The position numbers and the translations under genes are program-made. From NCBI GenBank assembly GCA_965198005.1, contig CBDAOI010000002.1:672001-736000 (forward strand): a stretch of 64,000 bases of DNA. The letters run 5' to 3'. A model generated the notes under the pieces. That model did no database searches. It was not told where the DNA came from and saw only the letters and a list, made by a program, of their open reading frames with translations. Shown here piece after piece: positions 10,094 through 18,908 of this stretch. The DNA is from Spirochaetia bacterium. Lineage in GTDB: Bacteria > Spirochaetota > Spirochaetia > SZUA-6 > Bin103. Numbering within the stretch: the stretch's first letter is position 1; the number at the start of each line of letters is the position of its first letter.

Positions 10094-11317
10094 ATGACAC
10101 CCAAGGCACAGGCTGGAGGCGGCGACGGCAGCGGGTATCGGATGCTCGACGGCATCCCGGTCTGGGGCGAGCCGGACCCGGGAACGGTGGAGCAGATGCG
10201 GCGCTGCGCCGAGCCTGCCGAACACGCCGCCCTCATGGCCGACCACCACCTCGGCTACGCCGTGCCGATCGGCGGCGTAGTCGCCTACGCGGACCGGATC
10301 AGTCCGTCCGGAGTCGGTTACGACATCTCCTGCGGTTGCAAGGCGGTGCTGCTGGACGCCGACGCCGGGGAGGTCCGCCGCAACATCCGCCCGATCATGG
10401 ACGACCTGTGGCGCACCCTGTCGTTCGGCATCGGCCGCAAGAACCCGGAGCCGGTGGAACACGAGCTGTTCGACGACGACCCGGCGTGGGACCTCGCCGA
10501 GGCTGCCGCGCTGCGTGACTTGGCGCGCACGCAACTCGGCACGATCGGCTCGGGCAACCACTACGTCGACCTGTTCGCCGACCAGCGCAGCCGCGTCTGG
10601 GTGGGCGTCCACTTCGGCTCGCGCGGCCTCGGCCACAAGCTCGCGACTTACTTCGTCAAGGCCGGCGGCGGCCGCGACGGCATGCACGTCGATCCGGTGC
10701 TGCTGGACGCCGCAAGCGACCTGGGGCGAGAGTACCTCGCCTGCATGCAGCTCGCCGGGCGCTACGCCTACGCGGGCCGCGACTGGGTGTGCGCGCGGGT
10801 CGCCCGGCTGCTCGGCGCCCACATCCTCGACGAGGTGCACAACCACCACAACTTCGCCTGGCGCGAGCGCCACTTCGGGCAGGATCTCTGGGTGGTGCGC
10901 AAGGGCGCGACTCCCGCCTTCCCCGGCCAGCGCGGCTTCGTCGGCGGCAGCATGGGAGACATCTCGGTGATCATCGAAGGGCTTGGCGGCGCGGAATCGG
11001 AGTTGGCGCTGCACTCCACCATCCACGGCGCCGGCCGCGTCCTGTCGCGTCGCCAGGCGGCCGGCAAGGCGCGGTTCCGCGGCGGGCGGCGTGTCCAGCT
11101 CAGCGAGGGTCGGATCAGCCGCGCGATGATGCAGGAGTGGCTGGATCGGCGCGGCGTGGAGCTGCGCGGTGCCGGCACCGACGAATCACCGCACTGCTAC
11201 AAGCGGATCGAGCAGGTGCTGCGCTACCACGACGCCACCATCCGCGTGCTGCACGTGCTTCAGCCGATCGGCGTCGCGATGGCAGCGCCGGCCGAGATCG
11301 ACCCCTTTCGGGATTGA
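10094..11317 (+). CDS. rtcB: RtcB RNA-splicing/repair ligase
   Basis: VGYDISCG, LGTIGSGNHY, HFGSRGLG, HNHHNF, VRKGATPA, HGAGR, DESPHCYK. Confidence 0.95.
   Translation: MTPKAQAGGGDGSGYRMLDGIPVWGEPDPGTVEQMRRCAEPAEHAALMADHHLGYAVPIGGVVAYADRISPSGVGYDISCGCKAVLLDADAGEVRRNIRPIMDDLWRTLSFGIGRKNPEPVEHELFDDDPAWDLAEAAALRDLARTQLGTIGSGNHYVDLFADQRSRVWVGVHFGSRGLGHKLATYFVKAGGGRDGMHVDPVLLDAASDLGREYLACMQLAGRYAYAGRDWVCARVARLLGAHILDEVHNHHNFAWRERHFGQDLWVVRKGATPAFPGQRGFVGGSMGDISVIIEGLGGAESELALHSTIHGAGRVLSRRQAAGKARFRGGRRVQLSEGRISRAMMQEWLDRRGVELRGAGTDESPHCYKRIEQVLRYHDATIRVLHVLQPIGVAMAAPAEIDPFRD
11228..11297 (+). repeat. rtcB 3'-end direct repeat, copy 1 (~70 bp)
   Basis: cacgacgccaccatccgcgtgctgcacgtgcttcagccgatcggcgtcgcgatggcagcgccggccgaga. 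Confidence 0.9.
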
Positions 11318-11385
11318 TTCCCGCGGCTGCAACGGTCTAGACTGGCGGGCTATCCTGTGTTACACAGAAGTCGTGGATCTGCCCT

Positions 11386-11676
11386 ATGAAGAACATCACC
11401 GTATCGGTTGACGAAGCAACCCACCGGCTTGCTCGTGTCCGGGCGGCCGAGCTGGACACGTCAGTCTCGGCGCTGGTGCGAGACTATCTCAGAGGTCTGG
11501 CACGCGGGCGTCACGACGAGCCTGCGGAGAGATCGCGAGCCGCGGAGACGCCGCGCGAGCGCCGCCGCAGGCTCATCAACGAAGTGTTCGAGGACGTCCG
11601 CGTCACGCGCAGCGGCTTCAATTCGTCCGAGAACATGCCACGCGACGAGTTGTACGAACGACGTGCGCTTCGTTGA
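11386..11676 (+). CDS. ribbon-helix-helix antitoxin (VapB-like)
   Basis: MKNITVSVDEATHRLARVRAAELDTSVSALVRDYL RHH pattern; ends ...MPRDELYER and overlaps the PIN gene. Confidence 0.8.
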   Translation: MKNITVSVDEATHRLARVRAAELDTSVSALVRDYLRGLARGRHDEPAERSRAAETPRERRRRLINEVFEDVRVTRSGFNSSENMPRDELYERRALR

Positions 11677-12130
11677 TACCAACGTGCTGATCTACGCGGT
11701 CAGCCCGTCCCCACAAGAGGCGGACAAGCGCCGTAGAGCCCAAGAGTTGCTGGAACACGGCGATCTCACCCTGTCGGTACAGGTTCTGCAGGAGTTCTAT
11801 CATCAGGTGACGCGGCCCAACCGAACGGACCCGCTCACCGACGGCCAAGCGTTGGGCTTCATCGACTCCATCGACAGTTTTGCGGTGCAACCGGTGACGC
11901 TGGAGCTGTTTCGCGCCGCGGTGGCGATCAGCCGGCGCTTCAAACTGTCGTATTGGGACGGAGCGATTCTCGCCGCGGCGCGTGCCGCGGGATGCGACGC
12001 GGTCTATTCGGAAGACCTCAGCTCGGAGCAGGACTACGACGGCCTTCGGGTGATTGATCCGTTCCGGGAAGAACCCGACGCCGAAGGACTTCGGGCGCCT
12101 ACGAGCACGGACGCGACGCTACCACACTGA
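11663..12130 (+). CDS. PIN-domain toxin (VapC-like)
   Basis: GTG 11663: RFVDTNVLIY, SVQVLQEF, LSYWDGAILAAA, YSEDL, IDPF. Confidence 0.85.
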   Translation: MRFVDTNVLIYAVSPSPQEADKRRRAQELLEHGDLTLSVQVLQEFYHQVTRPNRTDPLTDGQALGFIDSIDSFAVQPVTLELFRAAVAISRRFKLSYWDGAILAAARAAGCDAVYSEDLSSEQDYDGLRVIDPFREEPDAEGLRAPTSTDATLPH

Positions 12131-12141
12131 GGGAATGCACG

Positions 12142-12211
12142 CACGACGCCACCATCCGCGTGCTGCATGTGCTTGAGCCGATCGGCGTGGCGATGGCAGC
12201 GCCGGACGAGA
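12142..12211 (+). repeat. rtcB 3'-end direct repeat, copy 2
   Basis: cacgacgccaccatccgcgtgctgcatgtgcttgagccgatcggcgtggcgatggcagcgccggacgaga; a few substitutions relative to copy 1. Confidence 0.9.
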
Positions 12212-12292
12212 ACTAGCGCCCCGAAACCGTCGCCCGCGGCGTCGCAGTAAGACAAATTCATGCTTGACGGCGGCAGCACTCCGGCTTTAGCT

Positions 12293-12324
12293 TAATAGTG
12301 TACTAAATAAGTAGTACACTATTA
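12293..12324. promoter_or_regulatory. YtrA/GntR-type operator palindrome
   Basis: Perfect 13-bp inverted repeat TAATAGTGTACTA-N6-TAGTACACTATTA, just downstream of TTGACG (12264) and upstream of an operon encoding a YtrA-type GntR. Confidence 0.8.
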
Positions 12325-12343
12325 CAGAGAGCACGGGAGGAGA

Positions 12344-13225
12344 GTGCTGATGGTTGACCTTCAGGGAATCACGTTCGGGTACGGCAGAGGCGAGCGGCTG
12401 TTCGATGGCCTCGGTCTGACGCTCACGCCCGGCAACGTATATGGGCTGCTCGGGCGCAACGGCGCCGGCAAGACGACGCTGCTGCGGCTGATGGCGGGGT
12501 TGCTGTTCCCCAAGGCGGGCAGCGCCCGCGTCGCCGGCGAAGAGGCCGGCCGCCGCACCCCGTCGTTTCTGCGCGAGCTGTACTTCGTACCGGAGGAGTT
12601 TTTCACGCCGGCGCTGTCGCCGCGCGCGCTGGTCAGGCTGTACGGAGTGTTCTATCCCCGCTTCGATCACGCGGGAATGGAGCGCTACCTGAGCGACCTG
12701 GAGGTCGATCCGGAGCGGAGCATGACCGCCATGTCCTATGGCCAGAAGAAGAAGGTACTGCTCGCCTTCGCCGTGGCCAGCCGGTGCCGGCTGCTGATCC
12801 TCGACGAGCCGACCAACGGGCTGGACATTCCCGCCAAGAGCCAGTTCCGCCGCCTGCTCGCCGGCGCCGCGGCCGGTGACCGGGTGATCGTCGTCTCCAC
12901 CCACCAGGTGCGGGACCTGGAGCATCTGATCGACCCGATCGTGATCCTCGAGCAGGGGGCGATCGTGTTTCAGCACTCGGTGGAGGAGATCTCGGCCGCT
13001 CTGGCGGTGCACGACGCTGCTGCCGCGGGGGCGCCGAGCGATGGCCTTTTCGCCATCTACGTCGAGCCTGGCACCGGTTTGGGCGGCACGCCGGCCGGTC
13101 GTGCTCTGGTGCCGGCCACCGGCAGGTCCCCGCTGTCGGAGGCGGCCGTCGACCTGGAACTGCTGTTCAATTCGGTGGTTGCCGATCACCGGCGCGTGGA
13201 GGCGGCGTTCGCCGGGAGGATATGA
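12344..13225 (+). CDS. ABC transporter ATP-binding protein (YtrB-like)
   Basis: GRNGAGKTT, MSYGQKKK, LILDEPTNGLD, STH. Confidence 0.9.
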   Translation: MLMVDLQGITFGYGRGERLFDGLGLTLTPGNVYGLLGRNGAGKTTLLRLMAGLLFPKAGSARVAGEEAGRRTPSFLRELYFVPEEFFTPALSPRALVRLYGVFYPRFDHAGMERYLSDLEVDPERSMTAMSYGQKKKVLLAFAVASRCRLLILDEPTNGLDIPAKSQFRRLLAGAAAGDRVIVVSTHQVRDLEHLIDPIVILEQGAIVFQHSVEEISAALAVHDAAAAGAPSDGLFAIYVEPGTGLGGTPAGRALVPATGRSPLSEAAVDLELLFNSVVADHRRVEAAFAGRI

Positions 13226-13995
13226 TGCACGTCAACAAGTTGTTTTCGCTGGCGCGGGCGTGGTATGCGTTGCGCGCCGATCTCCAGCAGCAGAGCCGGG
13301 CGGTCCTGGTCGGGGCGGGCGCGGCTACGGCCCTGATCCTGGCCGTCAACGTAACCTCGGCAGAAACCGCGTTCGGCTGGGACTTTCACGCGGTGTTCTT
13401 TCCGCTGGCGTTGGTCGTCGCTGGTTTCTGTTTTGCCAGTACGCTGTTCGCGGATCTGCACGACAAGCCGCGGGCGCACGCCTACCTGACGCTGCCGATC
13501 TCGACGCTGGAGCGCTGGGCGGTACGGTTGCTGGTCTCCACCCTCGGTTACGCCGCCGCGGCTCTGGTCGGCTACTTCCTGGTGACCCTGCTTGGAGCCG
13601 GCGTCAGCCAGCTCGTCTGGGGAAGGTCGCATGCCATCTTCGTGCCGGACGCCGACGCCTGGCGCACGATTCTGGCGTACCTGGTGACCAGCTCGCTGTT
13701 CCTGTTCGGCGCGGTGTACTTCCGCCGCTGGCACGCGTTCAAGGTGATCCTGGCCATTGCCGGGTTATGGTTTACGCTGGTGCTGCTCGCCGCCGGCCTG
13801 GCGTGGCTCCTGTTCCCGGGGCTTCCCGTGTTCTCGGCGTTGTCCGGTCACTTCGACGGGCGCACATTGGGATTGAACATCCCCCCGCGCCTCGAGGGGG
13901 CGATCGTCCTGGGCGCGAAGATCTTCTTCTGGGCGGTCATGGGTCCCCTGTTCTGGTTCCTGACCTATCGGCGCCTGAGTGAAGCGGAAGTGTGA
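13222..13995 (+). CDS. ABC-2-type membrane permease
   Basis: About 6 hydrophobic segments; YLTLPISTLER motif; coupled to the ATPase. Confidence 0.8.
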   Translation: MMHVNKLFSLARAWYALRADLQQQSRAVLVGAGAATALILAVNVTSAETAFGWDFHAVFFPLALVVAGFCFASTLFADLHDKPRAHAYLTLPISTLERWAVRLLVSTLGYAAAALVGYFLVTLLGAGVSQLVWGRSHAIFVPDADAWRTILAYLVTSSLFLFGAVYFRRWHAFKVILAIAGLWFTLVLLAAGLAWLLFPGLPVFSALSGHFDGRTLGLNIPPRLEGAIVLGAKIFFWAVMGPLFWFLTYRRLSEAEV

Positions 13996-14390
13996 CCGTG
14001 GAGTTCACCCAACCGCAAGCCATCTATCTGCAGATCGGCGACTACATCTGCGAGAACATCCTGCGCCGCCTCTGGCAGGGCGGAGATCGGATTCCGTCGA
14101 TCCGTGAGCTGGCGATGGACGTGCAGGTGAATCCCAACACCGTCACCCGTACCTACGCCTACCTCCAGGACCAGGGCATCATCTACAACCGGCGCGGCAT
14201 CGGCTACTTCGTGGCCGATCGCGCGTATCATCAAGCGCGCGAACTCAAACGCCGCAGCTTCGTGGACCGCGACCTGCCGCAACTGTTCAAGACCATGGAC
14301 CTGCTCGGCCTGGAGCTGGGCGATCTGGAACGCCACGACCTCGACCGGCGCCGCCCAGCGGCGCGAACTGAAGGAGCATTCATTCAATGA
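13992..14390 (+). CDS. GntR-family regulator, YtrA subfamily
   Basis: IYLQI...RIPSIRELA...VNPNTVTRTY...RRGIGYFV with a short C-terminus. Confidence 0.9.
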   Translation: MTVEFTQPQAIYLQIGDYICENILRRLWQGGDRIPSIRELAMDVQVNPNTVTRTYAYLQDQGIIYNRRGIGYFVADRAYHQARELKRRSFVDRDLPQLFKTMDLLGLELGDLERHDLDRRRPAARTEGAFIQ

Positions 14391-15094
14391 ACACCAATCG
14401 GAACACCAATCGAATACTGGCGACCCTGGGAGTCGTCCTCGTCCTGCTCACCGTAGGAGCCCTGGTGGCGATTCGCGTGTTCGCCGCGCCGGGCCGCGAG
14501 CACCGGGAGGGCGGACCTGCCGCCGATGCCGCCGAACGGCAGCTTGCGGTGGAGCGGTTCACCGGCGTAGAGCTCCACGGCGGGTGGAAGCTGCAGTTCA
14601 CGCGGGCCTCGGAGTACAGCGCGGTGCTGATGGGGGACCGGGAAACCGTCGATGCGGCCGAGGTCTCGACCGCCGGCGACCGGCTCAGCATCCACCTGAA
14701 CGGGAGAATCAGAGACGATCGGTCCGTGCGGATCATCATCACCGCGCCGACGATCTCGGCGCTGACCTTGGCCGGAGCCGTCGACGGCCGGATCGCCGGG
14801 CTCGAAGCAACGCAGCTCACGGTGGTCACCGCAGGAGCGTCCAAGCTGGTCTTCAAGGACAGCACCATTGGTGACTTGATGCTGGAGACCGCGGGCGCCG
14901 CCAACATCGACCTGGGCGCGTCTCTGGTAGAAAACGCAGTGCTCGACATGGCGGGAGCCAGCCAGCTCACGATCAATCTGAACGGCGGCTCGCTGACCGG
15001 GCGGGTGCGCGGTGTCGGCAACGTCAGCTACACGGGCGATGCGAGCACGGTGGATCTCGACACCGCCGCGCTGGTGAAGGTCGGCCGCAAGTAG
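14387..15094 (+). CDS. DUF2807 / GIN-domain membrane-anchored protein
   Basis: N-terminal TM helix followed by beta-solenoid repeats (AGAVDG, AGASKL, AGAANI, AGASQL, GVGNVSYTG). Confidence 0.75.
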   Translation: MNTNRNTNRILATLGVVLVLLTVGALVAIRVFAAPGREHREGGPAADAAERQLAVERFTGVELHGGWKLQFTRASEYSAVLMGDRETVDAAEVSTAGDRLSIHLNGRIRDDRSVRIIITAPTISALTLAGAVDGRIAGLEATQLTVVTAGASKLVFKDSTIGDLMLETAGAANIDLGASLVENAVLDMAGASQLTINLNGGSLTGRVRGVGNVSYTGDASTVDLDTAALVKVGRK

Positions 15095-15145
15095 CTCGCA
15101 CGGCGCGCAGGGCGGCGCGTCCGCAAACCGGCTTATCGGCACGCC

Positions 15146-15325
15146 GTGGATCCTTGGGAACACCACCCGTGGTTCCGGCTGCGGCTGCTGAAGTACAGCA
15201 TCCGGATCTGGGATTGGCCGGGAGTGCCGCGCTACGCGCACCTGTTGATCGACCAGACGCAGGCGGGCGGCAACGAAGACCTGCGGCGGATCGTGGTGTA
15301 CATTGCGACCACGACACCGGCACCG
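15146..15325 (+). pseudogene. collapsed remnant of an Rpn (PD-(D/E)XK putative transposase) gene
   Basis: W.RLRLLKY..RIWD / WPGVPRYAHLLIDQT / EDLRRIVVYIA blocks resemble separated segments of Rpn proteins, here juxtaposed. Confidence 0.45.
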
Positions 15326-17078
15326 CCAACGGGTACTCACCATCCGCGCGCTCCGTCACCTGATTCCACTCCTGGGCCGCTACGCGTTGCCGCTGGCGGC
15401 GGGCTTTGCGTTCATGCTGGCCCAGAACTGGGGGTTTGCGCGCATCCCGGTGTGGATCCAGCGCCTGCTGGACGAGATCGTGGGCGCCAACCGGCTGCCG
15501 GTGGTGCGCGCCGCCGCGCTGGCCGCGGTCGGGTTCACCGTGCTGGCCGGCGGCTGCATGTTCCTGATGCGCAAGCTGATCATCGGGGTCTCGCGGCGCA
15601 TCGAGTACGATCTCCGGGATGCGCTGTTCCGGCGCCTGATCAGCCTGCAGTATGACTTCTTCCAGCGCCGCCGCACCGGCGACCTGATCTCGCGCTGCAC
15701 CAACGACCTGACCGACGTCCGCATGCTGCTCGGCCCGGCAATGATGTACATCCCGGACGCCCTGTCGCGGCTGGCGCTGTTCCTGCCGCTGCTGCTGGAG
15801 CTGCACCTGCTGATGACCATGGCGCTGCTGCTGGTGGCGGCCCTGCTGGTGGCGGTCAACCTGGTGGTGGTCCCCCGCTTCCGGCCGCTGTTCCGCACGG
15901 TGCAGGAGCAGGTGGCGGCGATCAGCGACCACGCGTGGCAGACCGTCACCGGCATCACCACGGTCAAGCTGTACGCCGCCGAGGCACAACAGACGGCGCA
16001 GTTCGCGCGGCTCAACCGCCGCTACGTGCGCGCCAACATGCGGGTGCTGCGAATTCGCGGGCTGCTGTGGCCGCTGATGGGACTGGTGTTCGGGCTGCTG
16101 CAACTGGTGACGCTGTGGCTGGGCGGGTCGGCGGTGATCCGCGGCGAGCTGAGCATCGGCGAGCTGCTGCAGTTCTCGACCATGGTGGCGTTGCTCGCGT
16201 TCCCGATCATGTCGCTGGGCTGGGTCACCTCGCTGCTGCAGCAGGGGGTGAGCGCGATGGAACGCATCGAGACCATCCTGACCGCCCGTCCGGAGGAACG
16301 CACGGGGGCGGCGCTGCCGGCCGGCGGTGTGCGCTTCGCGCTGGAAGGAGTGCGCTACCGCTACCCGGAGGCGGCGCAGGAAGCGCTGCACGGGATCGAC
16401 CTGCGGCTCGAACCGGGCGAGACGGTGGCGATCACCGGGCCGGTGGGGAGCGGCAAGAGCACGCTGCTGGCGCTGCTGACCGCGATCGTGCAGCCCGGCG
16501 CCGGGCGCGTCACGGTGGCGGGGCGGCCACTGGCCGACTTCGATCCGCTGGCGCTGCGCCGGCGGGTGGCGGTGGTGCCGCAGGAGACGTTCCTGTTCTC
16601 GATGACCGTGGCCGAGAACATCGCGATGGGAGCGGAGGACGCGGTGTCCCGGGAGCAGATTGCAGCGGCCGCGGACGCCGCCGCCCTGAGCGCGGACCTC
16701 GCCACCTTCCCGGACGGCTACGACCAACTCGTCGGCGAGCGCGGCATCACCCTCTCCGGCGGCCAGAAGCAACGCCTGGCCCTGGCCCGCGCGCTGGTCA
16801 GGGAGAGCGACCTGCTGATCCTCGACGACGCGCTCTCCAGCGTCGATTCGGCCACCGAAACCGAGATCCTGGCCGCGTTGCGGGGGCAGGCCGGGAGCCC
16901 GGCGCGCACCGTGCTGCTGGTGTCGCAGCGCACCTCGGCGCTACGGCTGGCCGACCGCATTCTGGTGCTGGACGGAGGCCGCATCGTGGAGCAGGGCAGC
17001 CACGACGAGCTGCTGCGCGCCGGCGGCCGCTACGCGCGGCAGGCGGAGCTGCAGCGGCTGGAGCAGTACCTGGCATGA
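15303..17078 (+). CDS. heterodimeric ABC exporter subunit A (TM+NBD, degenerate site)
   Basis: GPVGSGKST, LSGGQKQR, Walker B LILDDA (D instead of E), switch SQR instead of H. Exact start uncertain. Confidence 0.9.
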   Translation: MRPRHRHRQRVLTIRALRHLIPLLGRYALPLAAGFAFMLAQNWGFARIPVWIQRLLDEIVGANRLPVVRAAALAAVGFTVLAGGCMFLMRKLIIGVSRRIEYDLRDALFRRLISLQYDFFQRRRTGDLISRCTNDLTDVRMLLGPAMMYIPDALSRLALFLPLLLELHLLMTMALLLVAALLVAVNLVVVPRFRPLFRTVQEQVAAISDHAWQTVTGITTVKLYAAEAQQTAQFARLNRRYVRANMRVLRIRGLLWPLMGLVFGLLQLVTLWLGGSAVIRGELSIGELLQFSTMVALLAFPIMSLGWVTSLLQQGVSAMERIETILTARPEERTGAALPAGGVRFALEGVRYRYPEAAQEALHGIDLRLEPGETVAITGPVGSGKSTLLALLTAIVQPGAGRVTVAGRPLADFDPLALRRRVAVVPQETFLFSMTVAENIAMGAEDAVSREQIAAAADAAALSADLATFPDGYDQLVGERGITLSGGQKQRLALARALVRESDLLILDDALSSVDSATETEILAALRGQAGSPARTVLLVSQRTSALRLADRILVLDGGRIVEQGSHDELLRAGGRYARQAELQRLEQYLA

Positions 17079-18868
17079 CCGAGGGGCCCCGCGACCTGCG
17101 GCTGCTGGCACGGCTGCTGCGCTACGTGCGCGCGCATCCGCTGCCGCTGGCGGCCGCGGCGCTGCTGGTGCTGGTCACCGACTTGCTGCAGGTGCTGGTG
17201 CCGTACCTGCTCAAGGTGGGCATCGACCGCGACCTGGCGGCCGGCGACCCGGCCGGCCTGGCGCGCACCTCGCTGCTGCTGGCCGCGACCCTGACCGGAC
17301 AGCTCGGCGGCCAGGTGGCGTTCGCCTACACCGTGGAGTACCTGGGCCAGCGCCTGCTCTACGACCTGCGCATGCACCTGTTCCGCAAGGTGCTCGGCCT
17401 GGGCCACGACTACTTCGACCGCACCGCGGTCGGCGCCACCCTCACCAACGTCACCAGCGACGTCGAGGCGATCCGCCAGTTCATCTCCCAGGGGCTGGTC
17501 TCCCTGCTCGGCGACTCGTTCCAGGTGCTGGTGATTCTCGGCGCCATGCTGTTGATCAACTCGCGGCTGGCGCTGGCGGCGTTCCTCACCCTGCCGTTCT
17601 TCGGCGTGGTCACCTGGCTGTTCCGCAACGCCATCCGCCACGACTACGGCGCGGTGCGCGAGGCCAACGCCGAAATCAACACCACCCTGGTCGAGGCGAT
17701 TACCGGCATGCGCGAGGTGACCCTGCTCAACTACCAGCGGCGGATCCTGGCCACCTTCACCGCCCACAACCGCCGCTACCTGGAAGCGTTCCTGCGGGTG
17801 GTCAACTCCTACTCCTATTACTTCCCCGCCCTGGAGCTGCTCGCCACGCTCAGCCTGATCATCATCCTCGGCTACGCCCACCGCGCGCTGGGGACCGCGG
17901 TGCAGCCGGGCGAGATCTTCGCCTTCTTCGCCTACATCATGATGCTGTACCGGCCGTTGCGGCAGTTGGCCGAACGGTTCAACACGTTTCAGGCCACCCT
18001 GGCCGCGGCCAGCCGCATTTTCCGCCTGCTCGACCGCGCCGAGTCGATCACCGAGCCTGAACGTCCGCGGCTGCCGGCGGGGGCCGGGCGCGGCGACGGC
18101 CGCGGAACGCCGGCGGCGGCGGTGGCGTTGCATGACGTGCGGTTCGGCTACGACGCGGCCCACCCGGTGCTGGAGGGCCTGTCGTTCGCGGTCGAGCCGG
18201 GCGAACGGGTGGCGCTGGTAGGCAGCACCGGAGCCGGCAAGAGCACCGTGATCAACCTCGTCAACCGGCTGTATGACGTGCAGCACGGGCGGGTGCTGGT
18301 GGACGGCACCGACGTGCGCCGCCTGCCCCTGGCCTACCTGCGCCGGCGGATCGCCACCGTGCCGCAGGACCTGTTCCTGTTCAGCGGCTCGATCGCCGAC
18401 AACATCTCGCTGGGCGCGCCCCGCGTGACCCGCGCCCAGGTGGAGGCGGCGGCCGACGCGGTGGGCGCGACCCGGTTCATCCGCGCCCTGCCGCGCGGCT
18501 TCGACCACGACGTGCTGGAGGAGGGCAAGTCGCTCTCCTCGGGCCAGAAACAGTTGCTCGCCTTCGCCCGCGCCTTCCTGCTCGACCCCGGCGTGGTGAT
18601 CATGGACGAAGCCACCGCCAGCGTCGACGCCGAATCGGAACGGGTCATCGAGACCGCGCTCGACACCCTGCTGCACGGCCGCACCGCGATCATCATCGCC
18701 CACCGCCTGTCCACGATCCGCTCGGCGCAACGCATCCTGGTGCTCCACCACGGCCGCCTGGTGGAGGCCGGCACCCACGCCCACCTCCTGGCCCACGACG
18801 GCGTCTACGCCCGCCTCTACCGCGTGCAGCTCCTGTCCCTGGCGCCGGACGCCACCGCCGCCGGGTAG
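17075..18868 (+). CDS. heterodimeric ABC exporter subunit B (TM+NBD)
   Basis: ATG 17075 overlaps the upstream TGA; GSTGAGKST, LSSGQKQL, IMDEAT, IAHRLST. Confidence 0.9.
   Translation: MTEGPRDLRLLARLLRYVRAHPLPLAAAALLVLVTDLLQVLVPYLLKVGIDRDLAAGDPAGLARTSLLLAATLTGQLGGQVAFAYTVEYLGQRLLYDLRMHLFRKVLGLGHDYFDRTAVGATLTNVTSDVEAIRQFISQGLVSLLGDSFQVLVILGAMLLINSRLALAAFLTLPFFGVVTWLFRNAIRHDYGAVREANAEINTTLVEAITGMREVTLLNYQRRILATFTAHNRRYLEAFLRVVNSYSYYFPALELLATLSLIIILGYAHRALGTAVQPGEIFAFFAYIMMLYRPLRQLAERFNTFQATLAAASRIFRLLDRAESITEPERPRLPAGAGRGDGRGTPAAAVALHDVRFGYDAAHPVLEGLSFAVEPGERVALVGSTGAGKSTVINLVNRLYDVQHGRVLVDGTDVRRLPLAYLRRRIATVPQDLFLFSGSIADNISLGAPRVTRAQVEAAADAVGATRFIRALPRGFDHDVLEEGKSLSSGQKQLLAFARAFLLDPGVVIMDEATASVDAESERVIETALDTLLHGRTAIIIAHRLSTIRSAQRILVLHHGRLVEAGTHAHLLAHDGVYARLYRVQLLSLAPDATAAG
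18404..18812 (+). repeat. island-flanking direct repeat, left copy (inside the exporter 3' end)
   Basis: atctcgctg...cacgacggcgtctacgccc recurs near-identically at 25985-26413. Confidence 0.92.
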
Positions 18869-18908
18869 TCTCCCGGCGGCGTGCGGCGAGCCGCAACGGA
18901 CGGTGAAG

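Noticed and set aside
15935-18868. 977-aa ORF as one protein
   Set aside because: The first ~380 aa are an off-frame GC-rich read-through of subunit A; the real gene starts at ATG 17075.
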